From Anaerolinea sp. (lineage in GTDB: Bacteria > Chloroflexota > Limnocylindria > Limnocylindrales > CSP1-4), in NCBI GenBank assembly GCA_013822395.1, contig PNKK01000007.1:3104-67103 (forward strand): a stretch of DNA of 64,000 bases, given 5' to 3'. Position 1 is the stretch's first letter. The number at the start of each line of letters is the position of its first letter. The notes below the pieces were generated by a model. It searched no databases. It was not told the origin of the DNA and saw only the letters and a program-made list of their open reading frames with translations. Shown one piece after another: positions 25,730-35,098 of this stretch. Position numbers and translations under genes: made by a program.

Positions 25730-27718
25730 CTACTGCTGGGTCAGCCGGACGAAGGCATCGACGTCCACCCGGGGGCGCCCCGCGGTCCCAGCGGCGACGA
25801 TCGTGATCTTGCGCTTCCCGGTGGAACCCCAGTTGAAGGCGAAGACAACCTGCTTCGCGGAGTACGTCTTGGCATACAGGCTGATCGACTTCTTGTAGAC
25901 ACCATCCACATACACCCGCGCCGATCCCCGGTCCGGCCCACGGTAGGCCACCCAGGCGACCCCGGATCCGGTGAACGTGTACGTGGCCGACGCGCCCTTC
26001 CGCGTCGTGTACTTCAGCGTGCCGCCGGAGGCGTAGCGATTCGCGGCGCTCTTCCAGGTTCCGGAGTAGACGACGGACGAGCTCGTCTGCTCCGTCAGGA
26101 GCGTGGCCCCGCGTGCCCCGGGCACCCACTCGCTCGTGTTGCCCACGCCGTCGGCGGCCCGCGTCGCATATCCATAGGTGGTTCCGAGGGTCAGTGGCTC
26201 GGTGACCGACGTGGACGATGCCGTGGGCAACGCCAGGTCCTCCCAGATCCCGTCGCCGACCTGGCGCTGGAGGCCGTAGGCGGCGATGCCACTGGGATCC
26301 GCAGCCGACCAGATCGTCTGGACGGGGATCGTGGAGTCCAGCTTGACGGGGTATGTCAGTCGGAATGCGGGCGCCGTGACCACGGGCGGCAGAGCATCGG
26401 TGACGGTGAGGGTCGCCGTGGTGGTTCGCGTCACGCCGCCGGCGCTCCCCGTGATCGTCAGGGGGTACGTGCCGGCGGGCGTCGGCATGCCGATTGCCGA
26501 CGTCGTCACCGTGAGCATTGACGACGTGTCCGTCACGGGTGACGCGCTGAGCGACGCCGTGGTCCCGGCCGGAAGACCGGCGACGCTGAGATCGATGGGC
26601 GTCGTGAAGAACGAGCGCGCGAGCGTGATCGCGAAGGTCGCCTGGCCTCCCTGCTCCACGGTGGCTGCCGGCGGCGACGGCGAGAGCGCGAAGTCCGCAC
26701 CGAAGGTCACGGGTGTCAGGTCCGTCCCGTTGTAGCGGTCCAGGTCCACACACCCGCTGATCCCCGGAACATACCCGCAGTTGTCGTACTGCCAGAACGT
26801 CCATCCGCGATTGGACCAGTTGTTCGCCGGGACCGTCGGGCCGGAGACGAACCAGTGGGCGACCCAGAGCACGTTGTACCCCTGGTCCGCGAAGGCGGTG
26901 GTATCGGCGAGGTACTTCCGCCAGAAGCTCGGGCTCGCATAGATCATCGGCCGCATGCCGGTGCGGGCATAGACGCGGCTCAGCCACGCTCCGACCCACG
27001 CCTGCAGCTCACCGGCGCTCAGCGTCCCCGCGACCTCGAGGTCCAGCGCCGGGGCCAGCATTCCCGGGACGAGCCCGAGGTTGTCCACGAACCAGTCGGC
27101 CTCACCCTCCGGGTTGGTGGGGTTCAGGTCCGGACGCGCGAAGTGATAGGCGGTGAAGGCCAGCCCGGCACTGCTCGCACCGAGCCTGTTCGTGACGTAC
27201 ATCGGGTCGACGAACCCGATTCCCTCCGTGGCCTTGGCGATGACGAATCGCTTTCCAGAGCCCGCGAGCGAGGTGAAGTCGACCGCTCCCTGCCACCGCG
27301 AGATGTCCACGCCCTCCAGGAAGGCCGGGGCATCGGCGGGCCTGAACAGCCCCGTGCCCGCGTAGGCCACGTCGACACCGAAGAGTGCCGAGACGCTCTG
27401 TCCGTTGACCGTCACGACCGAATACCAGGTCGACCCGGCGCCCGCCGAGCCGCAGGTCACCGACCAGGGGCCGCCCGACACGACCCCGGATACCGTCACC
27501 ACAGACCCAGTCGACAGCATGGTGGTGATCGAGGCGGACGTCGAGGGCGCCGAGCGCAGGTTCACCCCGCAGTTCGCCGCGAGGCTGGTGGTCGCGGCGA
27601 GGTCGGTCGCGGCTCGGGCGGTTGGTGCCACAAGCGGCATCATTTCCGCGAGGACGAGCAGGGCGAGCGCTCCCGCGAGCACGCGCCGGCGAGCGTCCCG
27701 TAGGGATCGAATGGTCAT
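25730..27718 (-). CDS. Secreted multi-domain GH25 muramidase with an SH3-like N-domain and Ig-like/beta-sandwich C-domains
   Basis: ORF 25730-27805 trimmed to the ATG at 27718 (MTIRSLRDARRRVLAGALALLVLA..ARA signal peptide). GH25 core GVDISRWQGAVDF...VIAKATEG.....AYHFARPD. The C-terminal 300 aa are beta-rich (..TYTFTGSGVAWVAY..). Confidence 0.8.
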   Translation of the reverse strand: MTIRSLRDARRRVLAGALALLVLAEMMPLVAPTARAATDLAATTSLAANCGVNLRSAPSTSASITTMLSTGSVVTVSGVVSGGPWSVTCGSAGAGSTWYSVVTVNGQSVSALFGVDVAYAGTGLFRPADAPAFLEGVDISRWQGAVDFTSLAGSGKRFVIAKATEGIGFVDPMYVTNRLGASSAGLAFTAYHFARPDLNPTNPEGEADWFVDNLGLVPGMLAPALDLEVAGTLSAGELQAWVGAWLSRVYARTGMRPMIYASPSFWRKYLADTTAFADQGYNVLWVAHWFVSGPTVPANNWSNRGWTFWQYDNCGYVPGISGCVDLDRYNGTDLTPVTFGADFALSPSPPAATVEQGGQATFAITLARSFFTTPIDLSVAGLPAGTTASLSASPVTDTSSMLTVTTSAIGMPTPAGTYPLTITGSAGGVTRTTTATLTVTDALPPVVTAPAFRLTYPVKLDSTIPVQTIWSAADPSGIAAYGLQRQVGDGIWEDLALPTASSTSVTEPLTLGTTYGYATRAADGVGNTSEWVPGARGATLLTEQTSSSVVYSGTWKSAANRYASGGTLKYTTRKGASATYTFTGSGVAWVAYRGPDRGSARVYVDGVYKKSISLYAKTYSAKQVVFAFNWGSTGKRKITIVAAGTAGRPRVDVDAFVRLTQQ

Positions 27719-27725
27719 CTCGTGC

Positions 27726-28331
27726 TCACGGCTGCCAGGGCTGCATCTCGATGGTGCCCGCCGATCCGGCGGGCCCGAGGCACGGCGGCACGCCGCCCAG
27801 GCCACTCGGCGAGTCCGGTGCGGCGACCACTCGACCCAGGCCCTCGGGGAGAACGAACGCCACGGTCACCGGCGGGGCGGGCTCCGGACCACAGTAGTTC
27901 GAGTCCCGGACGTCGGTTCTGAGAAGGCCGCCCGGAGCGACCTCGATCGCCTGCGACGCGCCCGGCGGCGCACCGTCGATCAGGATCGTGCCCCGACCGT
28001 CGAGGAGCTGCGGGCGGGTGAGGCCGAAGACCACGCAGGGATCGGTACCCGCGTTGCGGAGCTCCACGCTGCCGATACGGCTCCCGGCGGCCCCGCTCCA
28101 CCCCGTCACCTGCACGGCCAGCGAGGTCGGTGCGCAGGGACCCACGGCCGTCGAGCCCAGGGGCGAGGGTTGGGTGGTCTCCGCAACGGCGCTGGTCGGC
28201 GACGGTTCGAAGCCTGACGGACTCGAGGTGCCCTGTGGCACGCACGAGCTCGCGACCGCCCCCACGAGGAGCGCGACGAGAAACGAGATTCTCGCTCGAG
28301 CGGGCGAAACGACGGATGCCGCGGGCCTCAT
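27726..28331 (-). CDS. Lipoprotein with a DUF4232-like domain
   Basis: 201 aa. Lipobox-like LVGAVASSC. Paired Cys pattern (GPCAPTSL...LRNAGTDPCVVFG...NYCG...PPC) typical of DUF4232. Confidence 0.6.
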   Translation of the reverse strand: MRPAASVVSPARARISFLVALLVGAVASSCVPQGTSSPSGFEPSPTSAVAETTQPSPLGSTAVGPCAPTSLAVQVTGWSGAAGSRIGSVELRNAGTDPCVVFGLTRPQLLDGRGTILIDGAPPGASQAIEVAPGGLLRTDVRDSNYCGPEPAPPVTVAFVLPEGLGRVVAAPDSPSGLGGVPPCLGPAGSAGTIEMQPWQP

Positions 28332-28414
28332 GCACGTGACAGCCTACCCTGCATCGCGCGATCCGTCGCTGAGCCGATCGTCCCGTCGCGGCGTGTGCAG
28401 TCCGTCCGGTCGGA

Positions 28415-31210
28415 TCAACCGGCCTGCGCTCGGATTGCCTCACGGACGCGATCCGGCGTGGCCGGCAGCCGCGTGATCCGCGCGCCGGTCGCGGTGTGGA
28501 TCGCGCCGAGGACCGCCGGCGCGGTCGGGACGAGCGCGGGCTCGCCCACCCCCTTCGCGCCGTACGGACCGGCGGGCTCCGTGTCCTCGATGAGGATGCA
28601 TGCGATCTCCGGTACGTCGCCGATGGTCGGGATCAGGTAGTCATGGAGGTTCTCGGTCCGGCCGGGAACGTACGCCTCCATGAGTGCCATCCCGAGGCCC
28701 TGGGCGATGCCGCCGTGGATCTGGCCCTCGACCTGCGTCGGGTTGATCGCCCGCCCCACGTCGTGCGCCGCGACGATCCGGAGGACGCGTGTCGTCCCGA
28801 GCTCGACGTCCACCTCGACGAGCGCGACCTGCGCCCCGAACGCGTACGTCTCATACGGGTCCCCCTGGCCGTCGGGGTCGAGCGGTGTGGTCTTCGGGTC
28901 GTAGGTGCCGTGACCGAGGAGGACCGGCGCGTCGCCGCCGTCCGCCAGGTGGATCGGCGGGAGCTCGGCGAGATCGATCGTCACGGGCGGACGCCCCGGC
29001 GCGGTGCAGGCGGCCCGCCCGCCACCGAGCTCGAGCGTCGCGTCATCCCCGACCTCGGCGAGCATGAGCAGCTGCCGGCGGAGGTCCTCCGCGGCGAGCC
29101 GGGCGGCGTTGCCTGACACGAAGGTCTGCCGGCTCGCCGACGACTTGCCCGCATCCGCCGTCCGGTCCGTGTCCCCGGTCACGAGGCGCACCGTGTCGGC
29201 CGGCACCCCGAGCGCGTCGGCGGCGATCTGCGTCAGGACCGTGGACGCGCCCTGGCCGATATCGACCGCGCCCGAGTAGAGGGTCACCACCCCGGCGCGG
29301 TCGACGCCGAGCTCGATCGTGGAGGGATTCGTGATCGACGTGTTGCCGATGCCGTACCACATGGCCCCGATGCCGACGCCTCGCCGTCGCGGGTCGCGGC
29401 GGCCTGCCGCGTCCGCGGTCCACGCCTGCGCCTCGTGGCGCAGCCGCGCCCAGTGTGGCCGGAGCGCATCCAGACATGCCGGCAGTCCGGCGCTCGCCCG
29501 GAGCACCTGCCCGGTCGCGGTCACGGCACCGACCCGCAGGGCATTGCGGTACCGGAACTCGAGGGCGTCGATCCCCAGCTGTGCGGCCAGCTCGTCCATC
29601 AGCGCCTCATGGGCGATCGCCGCCTGGGGCACACCGAATCCGCGGAACGCACCCGCCGGGGGGTTGTTCGTGTGGATCGCGCGGGTAGTGGCGAAGACGG
29701 CGGGCACGGCGTACGGGCCCGGCGCGTGGATGGGAACCCGGTTGGCGACCGTCGGGCCCCACGAGGCGTAGGCGCCGGTGTCGAAATCACCGTGGAAGCG
29801 GAACGCGGTGAGGCGACCCGAGGCGTCCGCCGCGGCCCGGGCGCTGATGCGCGCCGGGTGCCGTTTCGGGCTCGCCGCCATCGACTCCGGCCGCGTCCAT
29901 GTGGCACGAACCGGCCGATCAAGCAGCCACGCGGCGGTCGCGATGAGCGGGTGGACGGACAGGTCCAGCTTGCCGCCGAACCCGCCGCCGCACGCCGTCG
30001 GGACGACCCGCACGCGGTCCGGGGCGATGCCGAGGATGAGCGCGACCTCGTCGCGGTCCATGTAGGGCGTCTGGGTGCTCACCACGACCTCGATCCGATC
30101 GCCGACGCGGCGGGCGTAGCCGGCCTCCGGCTCGATGTAGGCGTGCTCCACGAAGGACGTCTCGATCTCGATCTCGGCGGTCACGGCGGCGGCGGCGATC
30201 GCAGCGTCCACGCCGCCGCGAACGACACGGCCCTGGACGAGGACGTTGCCCGGCGCATGCGCATGGAGCTGCGGCGCACCGTCGGCGAGGGCCGCGTCCA
30301 TCTCGACAATCGGCGGGAGCGGCTCCCAGGCGATCGGGACCTCCGCGTCGTCGATCGCGTCGAGGACGCCCTCCTCGGCGACGAGGGCGCAGACCGCCTC
30401 GCCCCGGTGACGAACCTCGCCCTCGGCGAGCGCGGGCTGGTCCTTGCCGGTCGCGTAGATCCCGTACCGGTTCTGGCCGGGGATGTCCGCCGCCGTGAGG
30501 ACCCGGACGAGGCCTGCGTGACGCGCATGCAGCGGCCCGAGATCGCCGATCGTGAACCGCGCTCGGGCATGCGGCGATCGGACCGCCCGAAGGACCAGGG
30601 TCTCGGTCGGGTGTGCGTCCGCCCCGAACACGGCTGTCCCGGCGACCCGCTCGATCCCGTCGACCTTGGGAAACCGGGCCCCGACGGCTCGTCCGGGTCC
30701 GGGGTCCGGGTCCGCCGTGATGGGCTCCCTCCCGATGCTCGTCACCGCCTCGACGATCTTCCGGTAGCCGGTGCAGCGGCAGAGGACCCCGCCGAGGGCG
30801 TCCTGGATCTCGGACTCCGTGGGCGCCGGCGTTCGGTCGAGGAGGTCGTCTGCGGCGAGGAGCATCCCCGGCGTGCAGATCCCGCACTGGGCCGCGCCCG
30901 CGTCGAGGAACGCGCGCTGAAGCGCAGCGAGGTCGCCGTACTCCCGGGGCGAGTCCCCGTTCCCGCGAACGGCCAGCCCCTCCACCGTGCGGACCTCGGC
31001 ACCGGCGACCTGCGCCACCGGCACCAGGCACGCGAGGACCTGGCTGCCGTTGAGCCTGACCGTGCAGGCGCCGCAGTCGCCGGCGTCGCAGCCGATCTTC
31101 GTGCCGGTCAGCCCGAGGTCGTCGCGGAGGACATCGGCGAGCCGGCGCATCGGGTCCACCTCGAGGTCCACGGGCCTCCCGTTGACCGAGAAGCTGATCC
31201 ACGCGGTCAC
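28415..31210 (-). CDS. Xanthine-dehydrogenase-family molybdoenzyme with [2Fe-2S] small subunit and Moco large subunit fused in one polypeptide
   Basis: The 1151-aa ORF is trimmed to the GTG at 31210 (GTGA overlap with the FAD-subunit stop). N-terminus: GCDAGDCGACTV....CGICTPGM...LCRCTGY (two 2Fe-2S sites). This continues directly into the aldehyde-oxidase/XDH hammerhead and Moco domains (GGGFGGK, AFRGFG). Confidence 0.85.
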   Translation of the reverse strand: MTAWISFSVNGRPVDLEVDPMRRLADVLRDDLGLTGTKIGCDAGDCGACTVRLNGSQVLACLVPVAQVAGAEVRTVEGLAVRGNGDSPREYGDLAALQRAFLDAGAAQCGICTPGMLLAADDLLDRTPAPTESEIQDALGGVLCRCTGYRKIVEAVTSIGREPITADPDPGPGRAVGARFPKVDGIERVAGTAVFGADAHPTETLVLRAVRSPHARARFTIGDLGPLHARHAGLVRVLTAADIPGQNRYGIYATGKDQPALAEGEVRHRGEAVCALVAEEGVLDAIDDAEVPIAWEPLPPIVEMDAALADGAPQLHAHAPGNVLVQGRVVRGGVDAAIAAAAVTAEIEIETSFVEHAYIEPEAGYARRVGDRIEVVVSTQTPYMDRDEVALILGIAPDRVRVVPTACGGGFGGKLDLSVHPLIATAAWLLDRPVRATWTRPESMAASPKRHPARISARAAADASGRLTAFRFHGDFDTGAYASWGPTVANRVPIHAPGPYAVPAVFATTRAIHTNNPPAGAFRGFGVPQAAIAHEALMDELAAQLGIDALEFRYRNALRVGAVTATGQVLRASAGLPACLDALRPHWARLRHEAQAWTADAAGRRDPRRRGVGIGAMWYGIGNTSITNPSTIELGVDRAGVVTLYSGAVDIGQGASTVLTQIAADALGVPADTVRLVTGDTDRTADAGKSSASRQTFVSGNAARLAAEDLRRQLLMLAEVGDDATLELGGGRAACTAPGRPPVTIDLAELPPIHLADGGDAPVLLGHGTYDPKTTPLDPDGQGDPYETYAFGAQVALVEVDVELGTTRVLRIVAAHDVGRAINPTQVEGQIHGGIAQGLGMALMEAYVPGRTENLHDYLIPTIGDVPEIACILIEDTEPAGPYGAKGVGEPALVPTAPAVLGAIHTATGARITRLPATPDRVREAIRAQAG

Positions 31211-32070
31211 AACGCGAGCTCCTCGAGGGCGCGCCGAACGAGTACCCCGGCAGCCTCGCGGCGGTAGTCCGCGGGCGCCCGGACGTCGTCGATCGGAGCG
31301 AGCTCCGCGAGGTGCCCGGGCCGGACGACGTTGCCGATCCCGGGCACCAGGGGCCGGCCCACAAGCTCCGCCTCGAGGACCCAGAGGCGCTGGGCCACGA
31401 CCGAGCAGGCGCCGACGGCCATCCGCGCCGAGATGATGCGGCCACGGGCATCGCGCACGAGGACAGCGGCCACCATCGCGATGGAGATGACGAGGTAGGC
31501 GCGCGCGCCGAGCTTCAGGAAAGTGGACCCCGCCCGGAGTCCGTCGCCCACGGCCGGATCCGGCACGAACAGGCCCGTGACGAGCTCGTCCGGCGCCCGA
31601 ACGGTCTGCCGGTTGCCGGTCACGAACGCAGCTGCCGGGACGCGCCGCGTTCCCCGGACGGACGCCAGCTCGACGACCGCGTTCAACGCGATGAGGTTCG
31701 GGATCCCATCCGCGGCCGGAGAGGCGTTGCAGAGGTTCCCGACGATCGTCCCGCGGTTCTGGACCTGGAGCCCGCCCACGGCCCGCGCGGCACGCTTGAG
31801 CCCGTCGAACCACGGTGGGAGCGGCCGCTCTACGAGGTCCGTCCATGTGGCACCGGCAGGGAGCCACCAACCGCCGTCGAATTCGCGGATCTCGCGCAGG
31901 CCGGCGAGGCCGGAGAGATCGAGGATCTCTTGGTCCACGACCCGCCCCAGCCGGGCCGGGTAGTGGTCCGTCGCGCCCGCGACGACGACCCGCGGCCGCC
32001 CCTCGACCACGCCCGCGGCGAGCGCGGCGAGCGCCTCGGACACCTCGATCGGCCGCAGGTAGCTCGCCAT
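31207..32070 (-). CDS. XDH-family FAD-binding medium subunit (CoxM/XdhB-like)
   Basis: 287 aa. RVVVAGATDHYP and QNRGTIVGNLCNASPAAD motifs of the FAD_binding_5 family. Confidence 0.85.
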   Translation of the reverse strand: MASYLRPIEVSEALAALAAGVVEGRPRVVVAGATDHYPARLGRVVDQEILDLSGLAGLREIREFDGGWWLPAGATWTDLVERPLPPWFDGLKRAARAVGGLQVQNRGTIVGNLCNASPAADGIPNLIALNAVVELASVRGTRRVPAAAFVTGNRQTVRAPDELVTGLFVPDPAVGDGLRAGSTFLKLGARAYLVISIAMVAAVLVRDARGRIISARMAVGACSVVAQRLWVLEAELVGRPLVPGIGNVVRPGHLAELAPIDDVRAPADYRREAAGVLVRRALEELAL

Positions 32071-32121
32071 CAGCCCGTCATGCTCGCGTCGCCTACCGCT
32101 CGCCCGCGCTCGCCGCGGCCG

Positions 32122-33108
32122 CTACCCGGTGACCAGCGGCAGGACCCGCTCGGCCAGGACATCCAGGTTCGCGCGATCCCAGTCGAGCGGGTTGAGGACC
32201 AGGTGCTCCACGCCACCGAGGGCCTCGATCTTGGCGCGGATCCGGTCGGCCACCGCCTCGGCCTCGCCGAGCAGGTAGTACTGCTGCCAGTAGTCGAGGT
32301 CCATGCCGGAGTAGACGGAGAAGGCACGAGAGGCGGCCTCGGGTTTCTCGCCCGGACGAAGGACGTGGATGAAGTTCGAGTAGACCTTCGAGAGCTCGTG
32401 CGGGCCGCGCCCCAGGTCGGCCATGTAGCCCTGGATGGTGGCCCAGTCAGCGGCGACCATTTCGGCCGTCGCCGAGGCATGCGGAACCCAGGTCGTGGCG
32501 TACTTCGCGATGCGACGAAGGACGGGCTCGATCGACGGGACCTCCTCGCCGTAGATCCGCTCGGACGGCTGCGTCCCGCCGCCGATCCAGATCGGCGGGT
32601 GGGGCTGCTGGACGGGCTTCGGTTCGATGGTGAGGTCTCGGAACCGGTAGAACTGGCCCTCGTAGGTCACGTGATCGCCGGCCCACAGTGCGGTGATCGC
32701 CTCGAGCATCTCGTTCATCCGCCGGCCGCGCTCGCGGTGCGGGATCCGGAGCGCATCGAACTCCTCCCGGTTCCAGCCGACACCGACACCCAGGATGGAT
32801 CGCCCGCCCGACAGGACGTCCAGTGTCGCCCACTCCTTCGCAAAGGCGACGGGGTCGCGGAACGGGAGGACGAGGACCATCGTCCCGAGGCGGATCGTGC
32901 GGGTCACCCCGGCCAGGGCGCTGAGCAGGGCGACGGGCTCCAGCCAGGTCACGCGGTAGGCCGGCGGGGCCACGAGCAGGTGATCGATGACCATCGCCGT
33001 CTCGAACCCGAGCTCCTCTGCACGGCGCAGGTAAGCGCCCATCTCCCCGAGTGACGCGGTCCGCTCGCCGAGGGCAAACGACGGGAGCCTGAGGCCGAGT
33101 TTCATCAT
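32122..33108 (-). CDS. LLM-class (luciferase-like) flavin/F420-dependent oxidoreductase
   Basis: The ORF runs to 33147. Homology starts at MMKLGLRLP (ATG 33108), and 33147 is an alternative start. ILGVGVGWNREEF and RGRRMNEMLEAITALW are typical LLM motifs. Confidence 0.8.
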   Translation of the reverse strand: MMKLGLRLPSFALGERTASLGEMGAYLRRAEELGFETAMVIDHLLVAPPAYRVTWLEPVALLSALAGVTRTIRLGTMVLVLPFRDPVAFAKEWATLDVLSGGRSILGVGVGWNREEFDALRIPHRERGRRMNEMLEAITALWAGDHVTYEGQFYRFRDLTIEPKPVQQPHPPIWIGGGTQPSERIYGEEVPSIEPVLRRIAKYATTWVPHASATAEMVAADWATIQGYMADLGRGPHELSKVYSNFIHVLRPGEKPEAASRAFSVYSGMDLDYWQQYYLLGEAEAVADRIRAKIEALGGVEHLVLNPLDWDRANLDVLAERVLPLVTG

Positions 33109-33133
33109 CGGACGCTGCGCTCCGGATCCGTGG

Positions 33134-34345
33134 TCAATGACGGTCAACCGCGGGTCCGCCGCCGACGACCTCCGCGGGTCGGGCGGCCGGCGCGGTGTTC
33201 CGGCTCCGGCCGATCTTCACCTCGCCGTCGATGAGGACCATCGAGATCCCGGGCAGGTCCCCGACGGCCAGCGCGCCGAGAGCGGTGGATGCCGCCGACC
33301 CCACCGGCGCGTCGATCAGGCAGATGTCCGCCGCGCGGCCCGGCGCGATGACCCCGACATCGAGGCCGTGGACGCGGGCCGCGTTTCCGGTCGCCATCGC
33401 CACCGCGGCCTCGGGCGCGACGCCGCCGAGCGACGCCAGGTGGGCGATGACCCGGAGGATCCCGAGCGGGATGACGCCCGTTCCGGACGGGGCATCGTTG
33501 CCGATGATCACGCGATCGAACCCGGCGACCTCGCCGGCGACCCGAACCGCATGGATCGCGGCGCGGCCGTTGCCGCAGTGAACGATCTCGATCGCCATGT
33601 CGGTCGCCACGAGCCGCCCGATGTCGGCGTCGGACAGCGCGGTGGTCCCGCCGTTGATGTGACCGACGATGTGCGGCCGTGCCTCGAGAACCGCGTCTGC
33701 GCCGATCGCGCCCGAGCCCGCGATGGACGGACCGCCAGTGTGAAACGTGACCGTCATCCCGTGGCGTTTCGCCCATGCCACCATCGGCGCCGCCTGGGCC
33801 CCGGTCCGGACCGACCCGAGACCGATCTCCCCGATGAGTGTCACGCCGGCGGCGGCCATCTCGGCGAAATCGTGCTCCTCGAGGCCGAGCTCGAGGATCG
33901 GGGCGCCGGCGTGAACCTTGACGCCTGCCGGGCGAAGGTTCCGGTAGCTCTTCGAGGCCACGATCGCCAGGGCCTTGAGACCGACGCGGTCCTTCGGCCG
34001 GCCCGGGAGGTGAACCTCGCCGGCCGAGATGGCCGTCGTGACACCGCCGTGGAGACCGGATTCGATGAAATCGATCGAACGCTGGCGCGGAGTGAAGTCG
34101 CCGAACACCGGATGGACGTGGGAATCGATGAGCCCGGGGATGGCCGTCGTGCCGTGGGCATCGATGACGCGGTCGGCTCCGGCACCCTCGCCGGCCGCCA
34201 GCCCGCGTCCGACGGCTGCGATCCGACCGTTCTCGATGAGGATCTCGTCGGCGTCGACGAGCGGCGCCCCGATATCGCCCGAGACGACCAGCCCGAGGTT
34301 CCGGATGAGCGTGCGCGGCAGTGCCGTCGTGCTCCCGCCGGTCAA
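33134..34345 (-). CDS. Amidohydrolase-superfamily cyclic amidase, enamidase-like
   Basis: The 596-aa ORF is trimmed to the TTG at 34345 (TTGA overlap with the upstream stop). IRNLGLVVSGDI, IPGLIDSHVHP, HINGG, IIGNDAPSGTGVIPLGILR and GDLPGISMVLIDGE follow the enamidase-type pattern as I recall it. Confidence 0.7.
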   Translation of the reverse strand: MTGGSTTALPRTLIRNLGLVVSGDIGAPLVDADEILIENGRIAAVGRGLAAGEGAGADRVIDAHGTTAIPGLIDSHVHPVFGDFTPRQRSIDFIESGLHGGVTTAISAGEVHLPGRPKDRVGLKALAIVASKSYRNLRPAGVKVHAGAPILELGLEEHDFAEMAAAGVTLIGEIGLGSVRTGAQAAPMVAWAKRHGMTVTFHTGGPSIAGSGAIGADAVLEARPHIVGHINGGTTALSDADIGRLVATDMAIEIVHCGNGRAAIHAVRVAGEVAGFDRVIIGNDAPSGTGVIPLGILRVIAHLASLGGVAPEAAVAMATGNAARVHGLDVGVIAPGRAADICLIDAPVGSAASTALGALAVGDLPGISMVLIDGEVKIGRSRNTAPAARPAEVVGGGPAVDRH

Positions 34346-34914
34346 CGGAGGCCGTCCTCGCCGACGATGTCCTCGACCCGCCAGCCGCCGATCCGGGCGT
34401 GGGGACGTCCGCCGTCCGTCACGGCGAGCGCGAGCAGCAGCTCGTCCGATGCCGGGGCGTCCGGAACCCGGATCTCGACCGCGTCGAAGTGGCTTCGGAC
34501 GAGCATCGCCCTGATGTGGTGCACCGGGATGTCCAGCGTCGCGCCCATCCCGCCGCGCTTCTTGACCGAGGGCAGGATCGAGACGCCGCCGGCGCGGGCG
34601 CGGGTCGGGGCTCCGAACTTCGGGTGGAGGACTGCGGCAACGTGCTCCAGCTCGCCGGCCTCGCCGACGATCCCGCCCTTGCCGTACGCCTCGACAGGCC
34701 TGCCGAGCGCCTCCTGACAGCGCCGCATGAGCTCGTCGCCAAGGTGCTCCCCGAGGTCGATCAGCTCGGTCAGGTCGTCCGGGTTCCGGCCCGCGTACGG
34801 GTTCTTCACGACGACCGCGACGGCGACGCGACGGAGCGGTCGGGCGAGCGGCTTCCCGCCCTCCTCGTGGATCTCCTCGACGAAGGTCGCCCACTTCCGG
34901 ATTGTCACGGCCAT
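34342..34914 (-). CDS. 'Amino acid synthesis' family protein (DUF1185/PF06684)
   Basis: ORF trimmed to the ATG at 34914. MAVTIRKWATFVEEIHEEGGKPL..VAVAVVVKNPYAGR.....GGIVGEAGELEHVAAVLHP matches the family pattern. Confidence 0.7.
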   Translation of the reverse strand: MAVTIRKWATFVEEIHEEGGKPLARPLRRVAVAVVVKNPYAGRNPDDLTELIDLGEHLGDELMRRCQEALGRPVEAYGKGGIVGEAGELEHVAAVLHPKFGAPTRARAGGVSILPSVKKRGGMGATLDIPVHHIRAMLVRSHFDAVEIRVPDAPASDELLLALAVTDGGRPHARIGGWRVEDIVGEDGLR

Positions 34915-35098
34915 TCGCGCCCACCTCGTGCTCTGCGACGACACTCCACGCGAGTCTACCGCCCGGGCACCGGATGGGCGCCCGCGCTCTCGCCGCCCGC
35001 GCAACCGCCCGCGACCTCGCGCCGCGCGCGCCCTCGCGCGAAGGCGCGTACGATCAGCGGATCGTCCCACCTGCGGGGCGACCACAGATCGAGGGACG

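Noticed and set aside
25730-28331. Prophage endolysin / prophage remnant
   Set aside because: The window has no capsid, tail, holin, integrase or repressor genes. The enzyme has a Sec signal peptide and extra domains, which fits a chromosomal secreted muramidase.
28415-31870. A single 1151-aa ORF; likewise 33134-34924 (596 aa), 48770-50734 (654 aa), 40789-43788 (999 aa) and 60382-62172 (596 aa)
   Set aside because: The N-terminal portions are Arg-rich junk that overlaps the neighbouring gene. Homology starts at internal GTG/ATG/TTG codons sitting on 4-nt overlaps or behind RBS-like motifs.
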